Source: Patescibacteria group bacterium
GTDB lineage: Bacteria > Patescibacteriota > UBA1384 > JBAYJO01
Length of the DNA: 64,000 bases
Assembly: GCA_041665085.1 (NCBI GenBank)
Contig: JBAYJO010000002.1
Span: forward strand, 19,413 to 83,412
Direction of reading: 5' to 3'
In this document: positions 39,407 to 50,017 of the stretch, one piece after another
Layout: every line of letters begins with the position of its first letter
Numbering within the stretch: the first letter of the stretch is position 1
Translations under genes and position numbers: made by a program
The notes under the pieces: generated by a model
What the model saw: only the letters and a program-made list of their open reading frames with translations
Told to the model about the DNA's origin: nothing
Database searches by the model: none

Positions 39407-40375
39407 TTACTTATAAACTTTCTTTCTTAAATCCATCACGCTTGATAATTTATTACTTGCAAGTTTTTTAACCCACAAATAATCGCATCTTTTGCAAAAT
39501 TTCTTTCTTCCCGATAATAGTTTCTTGAACGCAAGATAGATTATGTCTAGTTTTCTAAATTGGCCAATTTTAATAAAAAAAATGGAATTGTATACCAAGT
39601 GTAATAAATTCAGAGGCATCGCGGTAATAAGTAATGAAGTTGGCCAATATTTTCCGAGAATATACCAACGATTTTGTATTCCATAATATTGTCTGAAACA
39701 GATGCCATCATTTTTCTTTTTTGGAGAAGAGTAGCTTTCCAAATGATAGCTTTTCGCTTTCAATACTCTTCCGATTTTATAACCCTTCATTAATAACCTG
39801 ACACTTAATTCCGGTTCTTCATAATAAAGAAAAAAGGTTTTTTCAAACTTTAAATTTTTAATTATAATACCTCTGGCCATAAAACAGGCTCCGCTAAAGC
39901 AGCTTAAATCAGTTCTATCTAATTCTGTATCGTAAAGCCCATAACCAAACCCGCTTTTATTTATATTCGCACCGAATGAGTAAATTTTTGCATTTTTGTT
40001 TTTTTTCCACCCTGTAAATACTATAGGATTTATTATAGCCAATTTATCGTCATAAAAGTTATTTAAAAGTATCTTGGCACAATTTTTGTCCAAGATTACA
40101 TCATTATTCATAAACAGGATATAATCCGCCTCAGAGCGCTTCATAGCTTCATTGTTTGCCCTACCAAAGCCAATATTTTCTTTTCCTTTGATCAATTCGA
40201 CTTTAGGAAATTTATTTTTGATAATATCAATGGAATTATCTTGAGAATTATTATCATAAATTATAACTTTCTCAGGTAAAAGCGAGGATCTGAAAACAGA
40301 TTTTAAACAATCTGGCAAAATCTTCTCTCCTTGGTAATTTACAATTACAACATCATATTTATTCATTGATGACAT
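39407..40375 (-). CDS. glycosyltransferase family 2
   Basis: start placed at MSSMNKYDVVIVNYQ to avoid overlap; GT2 DxD region (NNDVILD). Confidence 0.75.
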   Translation of the reverse strand: MSSMNKYDVVIVNYQGEKILPDCLKSVFRSSLLPEKVIIYDNNSQDNSIDIIKNKFPKVELIKGKENIGFGRANNEAMKRSEADYILFMNNDVILDKNCAKILLNNFYDDKLAIINPIVFTGWKKNKNAKIYSFGANINKSGFGYGLYDTELDRTDLSCFSGACFMARGIIIKNLKFEKTFFLYYEEPELSVRLLMKGYKIGRVLKAKSYHLESYSSPKKKNDGICFRQYYGIQNRWYILGKYWPTSLLITAMPLNLLHLVYNSIFFIKIGQFRKLDIIYLAFKKLLSGRKKFCKRCDYLWVKKLASNKLSSVMDLRKKVYK

Positions 40376-40376
40376 A

Positions 40377-41177
40377 TTAAAGTTTTCGTGCAATAACATA
40401 AGTCGTAGAAGCCATTAAGTAAGAATTTTCTCTTGGGCTAATAATAATATCAAGGCGTTTTAGTAATAGCAAACCCAGCAAAGCATACATAACAGCGAAC
40501 GGCAAAAATATTTTTGGCAAATATCTTTTACAATAATAATAATTTAAAATTATCAAACTCATAGTTGGACCGACACATGTCCCTGCTTCATGTATTTCAA
40601 AACCATTTGATTCAAATAGATTTTGTTGCCCAGTTAGAGTTAGATTCTGATAATGATGAGGATAACCATGATAAGCTTGCATAAATGGGGTGCAACAGTA
40701 TACAAGACCTCCCTTTTTCATTGCCCGAGACATTTCTTGCACTGCTAAATTAGGGTTATAAAGATGCTCCAAAACAGCTTCACAGTATATTGAATCTACA
40801 CAATTATTAACATATGGCAATTTATGTGCATCTGCAACAACATCAACATTAACAAATGGGGCAATATTAAGATTAGTCAGACATCTATGATGTATTTTAG
40901 GTCCTCCACCGATTGCTAAATTTAAAGTTTTTTCATCAAATTTATCAAAAAAATCTAATGCTTTTTTTGATGCTTGGGTTCTAAGATCATCCATCAAAAA
41001 ATTGGTTACATAATTTTTTATCATCTTTATTGATTTTAAAAGTGGATTGAGATTATTTTTTTTATTCTGATCCTGTCTAATATTTTCATATTCCTCAGAC
41101 ATTTTCGAAGTTTTTAACATTTTATTGATCATTTTTTGATCAGAAAGCAGAATTGGCAAATTATTTTTAATATACAT
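40377..41177 (-). CDS. class I SAM-dependent methyltransferase
   Basis: Methyltransf_11-like core (LNLAIGGGPK..., VDSIYCEAVLEHL). Confidence 0.65.
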   Translation of the reverse strand: MYIKNNLPILLSDQKMINKMLKTSKMSEEYENIRQDQNKKNNLNPLLKSIKMIKNYVTNFLMDDLRTQASKKALDFFDKFDEKTLNLAIGGGPKIHHRCLTNLNIAPFVNVDVVADAHKLPYVNNCVDSIYCEAVLEHLYNPNLAVQEMSRAMKKGGLVYCCTPFMQAYHGYPHHYQNLTLTGQQNLFESNGFEIHEAGTCVGPTMSLIILNYYYCKRYLPKIFLPFAVMYALLGLLLLKRLDIIISPRENSYLMASTTYVIARKL

Positions 41178-41392
41178 ATAAGAAATTTCGCCTTTGTTTG
41201 TTCTTAATTTATTTTTCTTATAATCAATAGATAATTTTTTATGTGTATTTGGACAGAGACGAGATAGCCACGCTTAATTTGTTCTGCAACTAACATACTG
41301 GCTCCTATGTTTCATTTTTTAAACAATTATATTTATAATTTGGGACGCTAAATGGAAACTAATTAACTTATTTTATCTTGGAAATTATGCTA

Positions 41393-42358
41393 TTATTGAT
41401 AATTAGTCATCTTTTTCCTTATTAAAATTAGCAAGCTTATCCAAGGACCATTATACATTATGTTTGCCCATAGAGAAGAAAAAAGATATGGGAAAAATGC
41501 TCGTTTCCAATATTTATTTTTATTGTAGTATTTCCAAAATATATTATTCATCCCTTCGGGTGTAAGGCAATCATTAATACCCATCTCTTGGTCAACAAAT
41601 CTCTTCTGTATTGCAGATATTTTTTTGACTGGACCAGTAGAAAATAAACCGATTGCTTCTCTCCCCCATTTAAAGTCAGCAAGAGAAGTCTTTTCCCCAA
41701 CATTCACATCCCTACAATCCTTATTTATTAAAACAGGGGATTCTCCAAGCAAAAAGAAAGGTATTCCTAAGTCGATCGAATAAAAAGTGTAACTACCCAC
41801 ATCGTTTGAACTGGCATATTTATAATTTGATAAAATTTTATAAAAATTCTTAACAAAATCCAAGCTATTGGTAAACTTTGGACCGGCAGATACCACTTGA
41901 AATCCATTTTTTCTATATATATCAGCTTTTTTATCTATAAAGTCCAACCATAGCAGACAAATAGTTATTGGGAAAAAATCACTTGGAAGTGTTTTTAATT
42001 TCAGGCAATATTTCTGAACATCAAATCTACTTTTCAAATCGTAAGTTGAATGGCTAGGAAAAACGATTGTCCCTTTTGCGTTTGTTTGTTTTGTAATGTT
42101 GTGAGCATTTTTATAGTGTATAAAAGGAGAACCCATAATAGCAACAGCAATGTTACTTTTTCTTTTCCACGCTTCTGCTCTACGCTTACTAAATACCAAC
42201 ATTAACGGCTTATCGGTTTTAAGATCACTTACCTCTGATTCTTCTGTAGGCGACCAACCATGCTCCATATGACAAGGCATTGGTAAAAAATGCGAAAAAC
42301 TTGCATAATCTTTCATAATATAATTAAAAGCATAATTTCTTACTTCATTATATTGCAT
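41393..42358 (-). CDS. hypothetical protein
   Basis: 321-aa ORF, no recognisable motif; in glycan locus. Confidence 0.4.
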   Translation of the reverse strand: MQYNEVRNYAFNYIMKDYASFSHFLPMPCHMEHGWSPTEESEVSDLKTDKPLMLVFSKRRAEAWKRKSNIAVAIMGSPFIHYKNAHNITKQTNAKGTIVFPSHSTYDLKSRFDVQKYCLKLKTLPSDFFPITICLLWLDFIDKKADIYRKNGFQVVSAGPKFTNSLDFVKNFYKILSNYKYASSNDVGSYTFYSIDLGIPFFLLGESPVLINKDCRDVNVGEKTSLADFKWGREAIGLFSTGPVKKISAIQKRFVDQEMGINDCLTPEGMNNIFWKYYNKNKYWKRAFFPYLFSSLWANIMYNGPWISLLILIRKKMTNYQ

Positions 42359-43415
42359 CCGTTTCCTTGCTAAAATAATTTTGTTCTAAGGGAGTTCCCT
42401 GCATAAGATCTTTTTTTGCTTTACTACCTATCACTTGAGTGATAAATTTGGGATGCAGACCAAATCCCGGGCGTATTGAACGAATATTCTTATTTGTTAA
42501 TGATTCACCTTCTTTGATATCTTTAGTTACAAACAAAGATCTAGAAAATTGTCGATTCTTTTTCGATCTAGCTGAAAGATCATAAGTTACTTTCCCAAGA
42601 GCTTTTTCTACTTCCCTAATATTACCAACCATTTCTTTGAACTCTATTGGTTCTAGTGAAAATAAAGCATCCGGACCACCTAGGTTACGATCTAAAATAA
42701 AATGCTTTTCAATTACTTTTGCCCCAAGCGTAACTGCAATAGCTGGCACGACTGTCGAAAGCGAATGATCTGAAAGGCCAACTTCTACTTTGTACTTTTT
42801 CTTAATATCAGGAATAGTTAGTAAATTCATCTCTTTTGGATCAGTTGGATAAGACGAAGTACATTTCAAAATAATTATTTGGTTATTACCGGCCTTTCTG
42901 CACAAATCAATGACATCTTTTATCTCATCTTCAAACGCAATCCCTGTTGATATAATAATCGGTTTACCCTTCTTAGCTACATATTTAATAAAATCATAAT
43001 CAGTGATTTCAAAAGAAGCAATTTTATAAGCAGGAACATTTAATTCTTTTTCGAGAAAATCAGCTGCTTTAGCATCACATGGAGTTGAAAAACAAATCAT
43101 TCCCAAATCTTCGGCAATCTTTTTTAGTTTTGGTTGCCATTCCCATGGAGTATCTGTTTCTTGATATAGTTTATACAAAGTGGTACCATCCCAAACTGTT
43201 CCTTGTTTAATTTGAAAATATTCATTATCTGAATCCAGCGTTAACCCTGACGGACTATCTGTTGACAGCTTAATTGCGTCAGCACCTGATTCCTTCATCG
43301 CTTTTATTGTCTTCACTGCTAAATCAAAATTTTGGCGATGGTTACAAGAAAGTTCCGCGACGATAAAAGCTGGTTGATTTTCTCCAATTGTTCTGTTTCC
43401 AATTTTTATATTCAA
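42348..43415 (-). CDS. N-acetylneuraminate synthase family (NeuB/PseI/LegI-type nonulosonic acid synthase) with C-terminal SAF domain
   Basis: NRTIGENQPAFIVAELSCNH...DAIK..., conserved KxxSxD and HF motifs. Confidence 0.85.
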   Translation of the reverse strand: MNIKIGNRTIGENQPAFIVAELSCNHRQNFDLAVKTIKAMKESGADAIKLSTDSPSGLTLDSDNEYFQIKQGTVWDGTTLYKLYQETDTPWEWQPKLKKIAEDLGMICFSTPCDAKAADFLEKELNVPAYKIASFEITDYDFIKYVAKKGKPIIISTGIAFEDEIKDVIDLCRKAGNNQIIILKCTSSYPTDPKEMNLLTIPDIKKKYKVEVGLSDHSLSTVVPAIAVTLGAKVIEKHFILDRNLGGPDALFSLEPIEFKEMVGNIREVEKALGKVTYDLSARSKKNRQFSRSLFVTKDIKEGESLTNKNIRSIRPGFGLHPKFITQVIGSKAKKDLMQGTPLEQNYFSKETDAI

Positions 43416-43424
43416 TTATTCTCC

Positions 43425-44099
43425 TTATTTTGTACAGCGAATTAACTCAAATGCTTCGGCGCATTTCAATCCGGTTCTCACTCCCCAGTAGTTTGCACTC
43501 AATTCAATTCCTTCTACTGATCTTGGATGAGGATAATTTCTTATCTCTGATTTATACTGTTTCATTGCTTCTGTTTTTAAATCAATTGTTTTTGATATAT
43601 CAAAATAGGTATTTGGGCTGAATGTAAGCGGATAATTCCATTCGGTTGAAGAAAGAATTTCAAATGAGTAAATTTCTTTTACTGTTTCACCAACCATAGG
43701 CCTGGTTGCCGTTAAAACCGCTCCTGCTGTAATTTTATGGTCTATATTCAAGTCATTACAATAATGAGTAAAAATGACGTCAGGGTTGATTCTATCCTTT
43801 ATCTTTTCGATTTTTTTAACAATATCCAATAAGTCTACTGAATCAAATCGGTTATCAGGAACGTCTTCAGTTATAACTTCTTTCACTCCGATTATCTCAT
43901 TCGCTTTATTCATTTGTTCTTTGAGTGAATTAATTTCGTCATTTCTTACATTTGTATCCCTCTTATCGTCCCTGGCCGTAACACCTTCGCCTAAAATTAA
44001 TGTATAAGCCTCGTTGCCTTCCTTAACTAATCTGGCGATTGTCCCCCCACATCCTAAAATTTCATCATCCGGATGAGCTGCTATTACTAAAATTTTCAT
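43425..44099 (-). CDS. PIG-L/LmbE family deacetylase
   Basis: N-terminal ILVIAAHPDDEILGCGGTIA motif. Confidence 0.8.
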   Translation of the reverse strand: MKILVIAAHPDDEILGCGGTIARLVKEGNEAYTLILGEGVTARDDKRDTNVRNDEINSLKEQMNKANEIIGVKEVITEDVPDNRFDSVDLLDIVKKIEKIKDRINPDVIFTHYCNDLNIDHKITAGAVLTATRPMVGETVKEIYSFEILSSTEWNYPLTFSPNTYFDISKTIDLKTEAMKQYKSEIRNYPHPRSVEGIELSANYWGVRTGLKCAEAFELIRCTK

Positions 44100-44827
44100 T
44101 TTTTCTCCTTAAATATTTTTTCTAATTCACTTTTTGAAATATTATCACTTAATATTATATCCAAAATACAATTTTTTGGTATGTTAAATAACAAATCGAT
44201 GATTGACATATTTTGTACAAAACCGCCATATTGCTGAACATAAATTGGATGCTTATAATTTTGAAAATAGATTTCTAAGTTGTTCTTTTTAAAAAACTCT
44301 TCATCAGCATATTCTTTTCCCTGCGCTCCAAATATAAAATTATTCGCACCACAATTGTGGCATAAATCAACAATTAACTGCTGCTTTTTTGAATGAACGG
44401 CCAAAGTACTTTGAAAAATAACCTCCGTATTTATATTAAGTTCCTGCATAAAAAATTTAATTTGTTCATTTGTTACATCTATAAGATTAACCCAATCTTT
44501 TGTGTAAAAATCTTCGAAATAACTAGCATATTTATCAAAATAAGGTGCTTTTTTATAATTAAAATAAATTCCCTTCCAATGTTTATCTCTCCAATTTTCA
44601 TTGTTATTGATCTTCATTTCTCTAATTGTCTTATCGGAATGCCCTGTATTCAAAACTGGAACTGTTAACCAAATAGGACCATTAGAAGTCTTTATTTGAT
44701 TTCGATTTGTATAGCTATTTTTTTCAAATTGAACATTATCAAGAATAACAAACTTGTCAGATAATGCTAATTTGTGAAAATACCCAAGCCACGGTAAATA
44801 TGCAGGTTGATGGGCGCTAAATAACAT
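44096..44827 (-). CDS. WbqC family protein
   Basis: MLFSAHQPAYLPWLGYFHKL...VILDNVQFEK WbqC signature. Confidence 0.7.
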   Translation of the reverse strand: MLFSAHQPAYLPWLGYFHKLALSDKFVILDNVQFEKNSYTNRNQIKTSNGPIWLTVPVLNTGHSDKTIREMKINNNENWRDKHWKGIYFNYKKAPYFDKYASYFEDFYTKDWVNLIDVTNEQIKFFMQELNINTEVIFQSTLAVHSKKQQLIVDLCHNCGANNFIFGAQGKEYADEEFFKKNNLEIYFQNYKHPIYVQQYGGFVQNMSIIDLLFNIPKNCILDIILSDNISKSELEKIFKEKK

Positions 44828-45888
44828 TATATCTCCTTTAATGCTTTAATGATCAATATAACTTCTTTGTTTTTCAGTGAAGGATAAATCGGGATTGACA
44901 AGGTTGTTGAACTAATCAACTCTGCATTTTTGAAATCGGTTTTTGGCATCTTTAAATAATTGTGCAATAACTCCCAATTTTCAATCGGGATGATTGTCTT
45001 AATCTCCTTCTTTAACAAAAATGCTTTAGCTCTATTTCTTTTTGTGCTACTGGAAAATTTTAATACAAAACGATAGTAGTTTGGGTAACATTCACTATAT
45101 AAAATTGATTGCTGATCGATCTTACCCATAATTGCTCCATTATACAAGTCAGCAATCTTTTTTCTTATATTTAGCAACTCTTTTAATCTTTCCAGTTGCT
45201 TAATTCCCATTGCAGCTGACATGTCACTCATTTGAAAATTAAACCGAGGATAATATTTTTCAACTCCGTCAAAATCACGAAAATCCCTAGCTGACTTTGC
45301 GACTGATTTATCTTCGAAAGCAATTATTCCACCATATCCGGTAGTAATAATCTTGGATGCATAAAAAGAAAAGATAGCCAAAGACCCAAAAGTGCCAACA
45401 GGATTATTGCCAATCCTTGAACCCAAAGCAGTAGCACAGTCTTCAATTATAGGAATTTCGGTTTTTGCTGTTAACTCTCTGGTATCAAATGGAAAACCAA
45501 ACGTATGAGTAATAATTATTGCTTTAGTTTTTTTGTTTATTTTTTTAAAAATATCGATAACAGTTGGGTTAAAATCTATTAACGAAATATCGGTTAAAAT
45601 CGGTTTTGCTCCTGCCATAAATATGGCATTTAAAATTGCCGAACAAGCATAAGTGGGTAAAATAACTTCATCACCAGCACCAACACCCAGCACTTTAAGT
45701 CCTACAAAAAGAGCTGCTGTACCGCTTGAGACTGCAACGCTGTTTCCAATTGGCAATTTATAGAGCTTGCTAAAATTTTTTTCAAATTCCTGTACCTTCG
45801 GACCCTGAGCAACCCAATTGCTTTTCAAGACATCTACTACAGCATCGATTTCCCCTTGACCAATTGTGGGCTTATTGTGAAGTATCAT
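44827..45888 (-). CDS. DegT/DnrJ/EryC1/StrS family PLP-dependent sugar aminotransferase
   Basis: conserved fold; FSFYASKIITTGYGG (PLP-Lys region). Confidence 0.85.
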   Translation of the reverse strand: MILHNKPTIGQGEIDAVVDVLKSNWVAQGPKVQEFEKNFSKLYKLPIGNSVAVSSGTAALFVGLKVLGVGAGDEVILPTYACSAILNAIFMAGAKPILTDISLIDFNPTVIDIFKKINKKTKAIIITHTFGFPFDTRELTAKTEIPIIEDCATALGSRIGNNPVGTFGSLAIFSFYASKIITTGYGGIIAFEDKSVAKSARDFRDFDGVEKYYPRFNFQMSDMSAAMGIKQLERLKELLNIRKKIADLYNGAIMGKIDQQSILYSECYPNYYRFVLKFSSSTKRNRAKAFLLKKEIKTIIPIENWELLHNYLKMPKTDFKNAELISSTTLSIPIYPSLKNKEVILIIKALKEI

Positions 45889-46328
45889 TTATTTTTTTTA
45901 AAATAATTTGGCTTAACCTTGGCCGGATTTCCAATAACTAAAGAATATGGCGGTATCGTGCCAGCATTAATAAGAATTGTACCTGCTCCAACTACTGAAT
46001 GATGTCCGATATATGTTTCTCCTCCGATAAAGGAATGGGAACCGACAAAAACATTTTCTTCAAGGATAATTTGTTTTCTGTCAATATTATCGGTTAACCC
46101 TAAATTTTTTCTATGAGAATCAGCTACATTAATCGAAACAAATGAGGCAATATCACAATTTTTACCAATTATCACCTTCGATCCTTTGGCGTTAACTTCA
46201 GAAAATAAACCAATATATGTGCCTTCGCCAATTTCCGGATTTCCATTAATAAATACAAGTGGATGCAGATCATTTTCTCTAAGATCCAATAGCTCTATTA
46301 TCTTCTTTTTTAATATTTTATCATCCAT
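45885..46328 (-). CDS. hexapeptide-repeat (left-handed beta-helix) sugar N-acetyltransferase
   Basis: repeated [LIV]GxxxxI hexapeptide units over 147 aa. Confidence 0.7.
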   Translation of the reverse strand: MDDKILKKKIIELLDLRENDLHPLVFINGNPEIGEGTYIGLFSEVNAKGSKVIIGKNCDIASFVSINVADSHRKNLGLTDNIDRKQIILEENVFVGSHSFIGGETYIGHHSVVGAGTILINAGTIPPYSLVIGNPAKVKPNYFKKNK

Positions 46329-46354
46329 AGTTATTCCTTTATTGCCAAAAAATT

Positions 46355-46999
46355 CTAAGAAGCAAAAGTGTGCTGATCTGGGATTTCTCGCTGATAAATT
46401 TTGTGTTCCAGAATTTTAATATTAAAATTTATAAAGATTTTTTCTAAAAGTTCTTTGTCTGTAAAGTGCACTATTCCAAGGCCGGCGAATTGCCCGTCGG
46501 TATAATTTCCAATTGAAAAAGGATCATCTTTCAGCTTGATCCCTCTTATGTAATCGCTGTGCTTGACAGAAAACCAATCAATGCCAATAAACTTTCCTTG
46601 CTTTTTTAAAATTGGCAATATAAGTTTATCAGCACAATTAGCTATAACATCGGTTGTATTGTGAGTTAGAGATGCTCGGTCAACCACTAAATCAAATTTT
46701 TCTTTGAAAGACAATTTCTTTGTAAAATCGCCTACTACTAACCGATCTTTTAATTCTGGGTATTTGAGTTGAAGCATTTTAATAACACTTTGACTTCCAT
46801 CAATTCCATAATATTGCACCCCCAAACTTTTAAAAAATGGAATATTCGCTCCAGCTCCGCAACCTAAATCCAAAACTGTGTATTGAGAAGAAAAGGGTTT
46901 GCAATACCGCATTACATAGCTGACCAAATCAGACCAAGGCCAAATGCTATTATGTTGATTTTTTTTATAAGTCTGTTCCCATTCATTAGAAAATGTCAT
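46355..46999 (-). CDS. class I SAM-dependent methyltransferase
   Basis: VLDLGCGAGANIPFF motif I. Confidence 0.7.
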   Translation of the reverse strand: MTFSNEWEQTYKKNQHNSIWPWSDLVSYVMRYCKPFSSQYTVLDLGCGAGANIPFFKSLGVQYYGIDGSQSVIKMLQLKYPELKDRLVVGDFTKKLSFKEKFDLVVDRASLTHNTTDVIANCADKLILPILKKQGKFIGIDWFSVKHSDYIRGIKLKDDPFSIGNYTDGQFAGLGIVHFTDKELLEKIFINFNIKILEHKIYQREIPDQHTFAS

Positions 47000-47703
47000 T
47001 TTATCAAAAGATTATTTAATATAGCATATTTTAATTCAGCAATTTTCCAATCTTCGAGCGTATCGATGTCTTGCACTCTTTCTGCAGGTAAAATAATTGC
47101 TTTGCTCCTTTGAGAAAAAAATTGTTTTTCTAGCTGAAAGCGCTCGGCATGCAAACAATAAAACTGACCGGCATCATGGTGCATCTCTTTTAGTTCTTGT
47201 GATCTCTTGTCCATATTTTCTGGTAAATGCATTTCAACCCAACCATCATTAATTTTTAAGGCTCTCTGAATGGGATAGCTAAACTTGGCTATTGTGAATA
47301 CAGAAGTTACATCTCTTTCATTATGAAGTATATCAATTGCCTTTTTAATATCTTCAGCTCTAATAAAAGGTGCTGTGGCCAAAAGACAACAAAAACTTTC
47401 AAATAATCGACCCTTTTTCCCATGCTCCGTTAAAACTTCTAAGGCAACATCCTCCAAAGAAGCAATATCATTTGCAGAATTTTTACTTCTCATAAATGGG
47501 ATTGAAGCACCATATTTTTTGCTAATATCAGCGATTTCATCATCATCAGTTGAGACCATGACTTCTGAAAAGCAGCCGGACGCAAGGGCGGCTCTTATTG
47601 AATAACTAATAATCGGTTCTCCGTGAAATAAATTAATATTTTTTCGGGGAATTCTTTTACTCCCTCCTCGAGCAGGTATAATTGCGATACAATTCTTGTT
47701 CAT
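46996..47703 (-). CDS. acylneuraminate (CMP-nonulosonic acid) cytidylyltransferase, NeuA/PseF/LegF-like
   Basis: CIAIIPARGGSKRIPRKNI N-terminal signature. Confidence 0.85.
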   Translation of the reverse strand: MNKNCIAIIPARGGSKRIPRKNINLFHGEPIISYSIRAALASGCFSEVMVSTDDDEIADISKKYGASIPFMRSKNSANDIASLEDVALEVLTEHGKKGRLFESFCCLLATAPFIRAEDIKKAIDILHNERDVTSVFTIAKFSYPIQRALKINDGWVEMHLPENMDKRSQELKEMHHDAGQFYCLHAERFQLEKQFFSQRSKAIILPAERVQDIDTLEDWKIAELKYAILNNLLIK

Positions 47704-47720
47704 ATTTTGTTTTTATCACT

Positions 47721-48491
47721 CTATTTGTAAGGGTAGGGCTCAATATTAGCTAGATCTTGCGCTATATAATCAAGAATACCTGTTATTTCAGCTTCAGTCA
47801 ATTTTTTTTCACCTTCTACATTTTTAATATTTATCGGTAAGAGTACTAAATTAATACCTTTAAATCTATTTTTATGCTTTGACATGATTCTTAAAACCCT
47901 AGAAAGATGTGGGGTATGAGAAACTATGCCCAGAAAATCACCTTTCTTGAGTTCAAAATTCCCGGGAAAATTAAAAAAATTAATCTGATCAAGCGTTCTG
48001 ATAATTTTACCTTTTGGAATAAATATATTATCTTTTGCAATTGGAAATTTTTGGGCGCGGGCAGCTTTTAAAAGATCCTTATTCTGTATATCGATACCGT
48101 TATAAATTAACATTGGTGCATTGTCTCTCAATTTTGAAATATTATTTATTATTTCGGCAGCAAAATTTAGTCTCTCTTTATCTAAATTATGATACCATTC
48201 ATTACCTAAATTTTGTCTATCGCTGGGCGAATCAGTCAAAGGTTTTAAATATGTCCCGCTGCCAGCTAAAACCCAAATTGCTTTGATTCTTGACTTTGTA
48301 TTAAGAAATTGATCAATTTTCAATTTTATGTCAGTTGCTTCGTTTTTTTGCATCTCAAAAATCAATTCGTCTATAATATGATCTAGTTGTTTTTGCTGGT
48401 TTTTCCAAAAATTGGGATAATTAGATATAGCCAAATTTCGAAGCGCCATCCTATCAAAATTATTTTTCATTTTAAAGTTAAAATTATCCAT
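47721..48491 (-). CDS. hypothetical protein (possible DUF218/YdcF-like)
   Basis: 256 aa, weak AIWVLAGSGTY similarity only. Confidence 0.35.
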   Translation of the reverse strand: MDNFNFKMKNNFDRMALRNLAISNYPNFWKNQQKQLDHIIDELIFEMQKNEATDIKLKIDQFLNTKSRIKAIWVLAGSGTYLKPLTDSPSDRQNLGNEWYHNLDKERLNFAAEIINNISKLRDNAPMLIYNGIDIQNKDLLKAARAQKFPIAKDNIFIPKGKIIRTLDQINFFNFPGNFELKKGDFLGIVSHTPHLSRVLRIMSKHKNRFKGINLVLLPINIKNVEGEKKLTEAEITGILDYIAQDLANIEPYPYK

Positions 48492-48504
48492 TAAAAATTA
48501 TATG

Positions 48505-50013
48505 TTAAAATTTTACTTTTTCAGTCACATCGAGAAATTTATAAGGCTGTCCATAAGTAGAAAAGTAGCTCCTGTCATCTAGCTTCTCGTAATTGGTTTT
48601 AAAGTAATAATTAAATATTAATCTAAAACTATTTACTGGAGTTATATTATCATAAATAATGTTATCACCCCCATTTGGTAAATAGTAAGCGTTAAAAATT
48701 CCCATTCTTTCTCCATAACTTTCTTCACTAGGATTATTCCATTGATCATCCGAGAAAGTCGAAGCAGTGCCATGATCTGCTTGAATAATTATTATAGGAG
48801 GATTTTTTGAAGATGCTAATATATCATCCACTGTTTTGTTGACTTCTTTGTTTATATAAATTAATTGATTTACATAATCATCTTTTTGTTTCCAATCACC
48901 ACCAGGAATGAGTAATTTGTCTTTATTAACTGGTTCTCCATTTGCATCAAAAACGTAAGGTGCATGCGGACAAATTATATGGACAAATACAAATTTTGGA
49001 TCTTTTATAGCGGAGGGAATTTCTGATAATTTGGTAAATTCATATAAAGTCCTTTCTCTGTCATTTTTTTGATTACCCGTAACCCTAAGCATAGTGGTTT
49101 TAAATAAAATTGACCGGAATTCACCACCAGAGTCATATCGAAAGGAAAAATCTGCTTTTGAACTCGCATTGGCAGGACCCCAGCTCGGACTAACAAGTAT
49201 AGATTTATAATTAATTGATTTTAATAAGCTATAAATTTTATTATTACTAATCATGTCATAAGTTATACTGCGATTTTGCGAATTTTCTCCCAAATCCTCG
49301 CTTAAACCATTAATATATTTCATATTAAGCGATGAGGAGAGCGAAAGAAAAGTATTCGCATAATTGCTCTGGCTATTAGAGGGGACTATGAAACCTTTAC
49401 TTTTTAAATTATCTGTAAATTCATTATTATTGTAACCATAAATTTTTTGTAAATTATTATTAGAAGTGTAACTATCCAGAATAATATAATAAATATCTGG
49501 TAGATTATCTTCTTGTTCTGCGGTTAGTGTTATTTTTTCTTGATTTTGTTCAAGATATCGGCTTTTATTTTCAAATTTTGCAAACAAAATACTAAATGTT
49601 GTAATAGCTATCAATGCCAATGAAACAATCGTAAAAAAACTACTTAAAGAGGTTAGATTTTTCCTCGTTCTAAGAATCAAAAAATAAACTACTATAAACA
49701 AAATTGACCAGATTGCTAACAATAATTGATGATTATCAAGAGCTATTTGACCAATTTTCTTATTTATTAAACTATTAAAAATTAACCCATATGAAAAAAA
49801 AACGAATAGAATAAATGTTGTAATAATTCCAGCTTTATCTTTATTTTTAGTTAATAAATTAAATAATAAAACTAACAAAAAAGTCATAAATATACTTATC
49901 CCAATAGGAACAATGATTTCTAAAAAATAGACTTGCTCTTTATTTATAGAATATAAAAATATAATTGGATAAATTGATAATAAAAATGGGTAATAATGAA
50001 TGAATTTTTTCAT
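48505..50013 (-). CDS. sulfatase-like (alkaline phosphatase superfamily) membrane-anchored transferase, LtaS/MdoB-like
   Basis: N-terminal TM helices; C-terminal domain with HAPY and IIIIQADHG motifs. Confidence 0.65.
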   Translation of the reverse strand: MKKFIHYYPFLLSIYPIIFLYSINKEQVYFLEIIVPIGISIFMTFLLVLLFNLLTKNKDKAGIITTFILFVFFSYGLIFNSLINKKIGQIALDNHQLLLAIWSILFIVVYFLILRTRKNLTSLSSFFTIVSLALIAITTFSILFAKFENKSRYLEQNQEKITLTAEQEDNLPDIYYIILDSYTSNNNLQKIYGYNNNEFTDNLKSKGFIVPSNSQSNYANTFLSLSSSLNMKYINGLSEDLGENSQNRSITYDMISNNKIYSLLKSINYKSILVSPSWGPANASSKADFSFRYDSGGEFRSILFKTTMLRVTGNQKNDRERTLYEFTKLSEIPSAIKDPKFVFVHIICPHAPYVFDANGEPVNKDKLLIPGGDWKQKDDYVNQLIYINKEVNKTVDDILASSKNPPIIIIQADHGTASTFSDDQWNNPSEESYGERMGIFNAYYLPNGGDNIIYDNITPVNSFRLIFNYYFKTNYEKLDDRSYFSTYGQPYKFLDVTEKVKF

Positions 50014-50017
50014 CGGA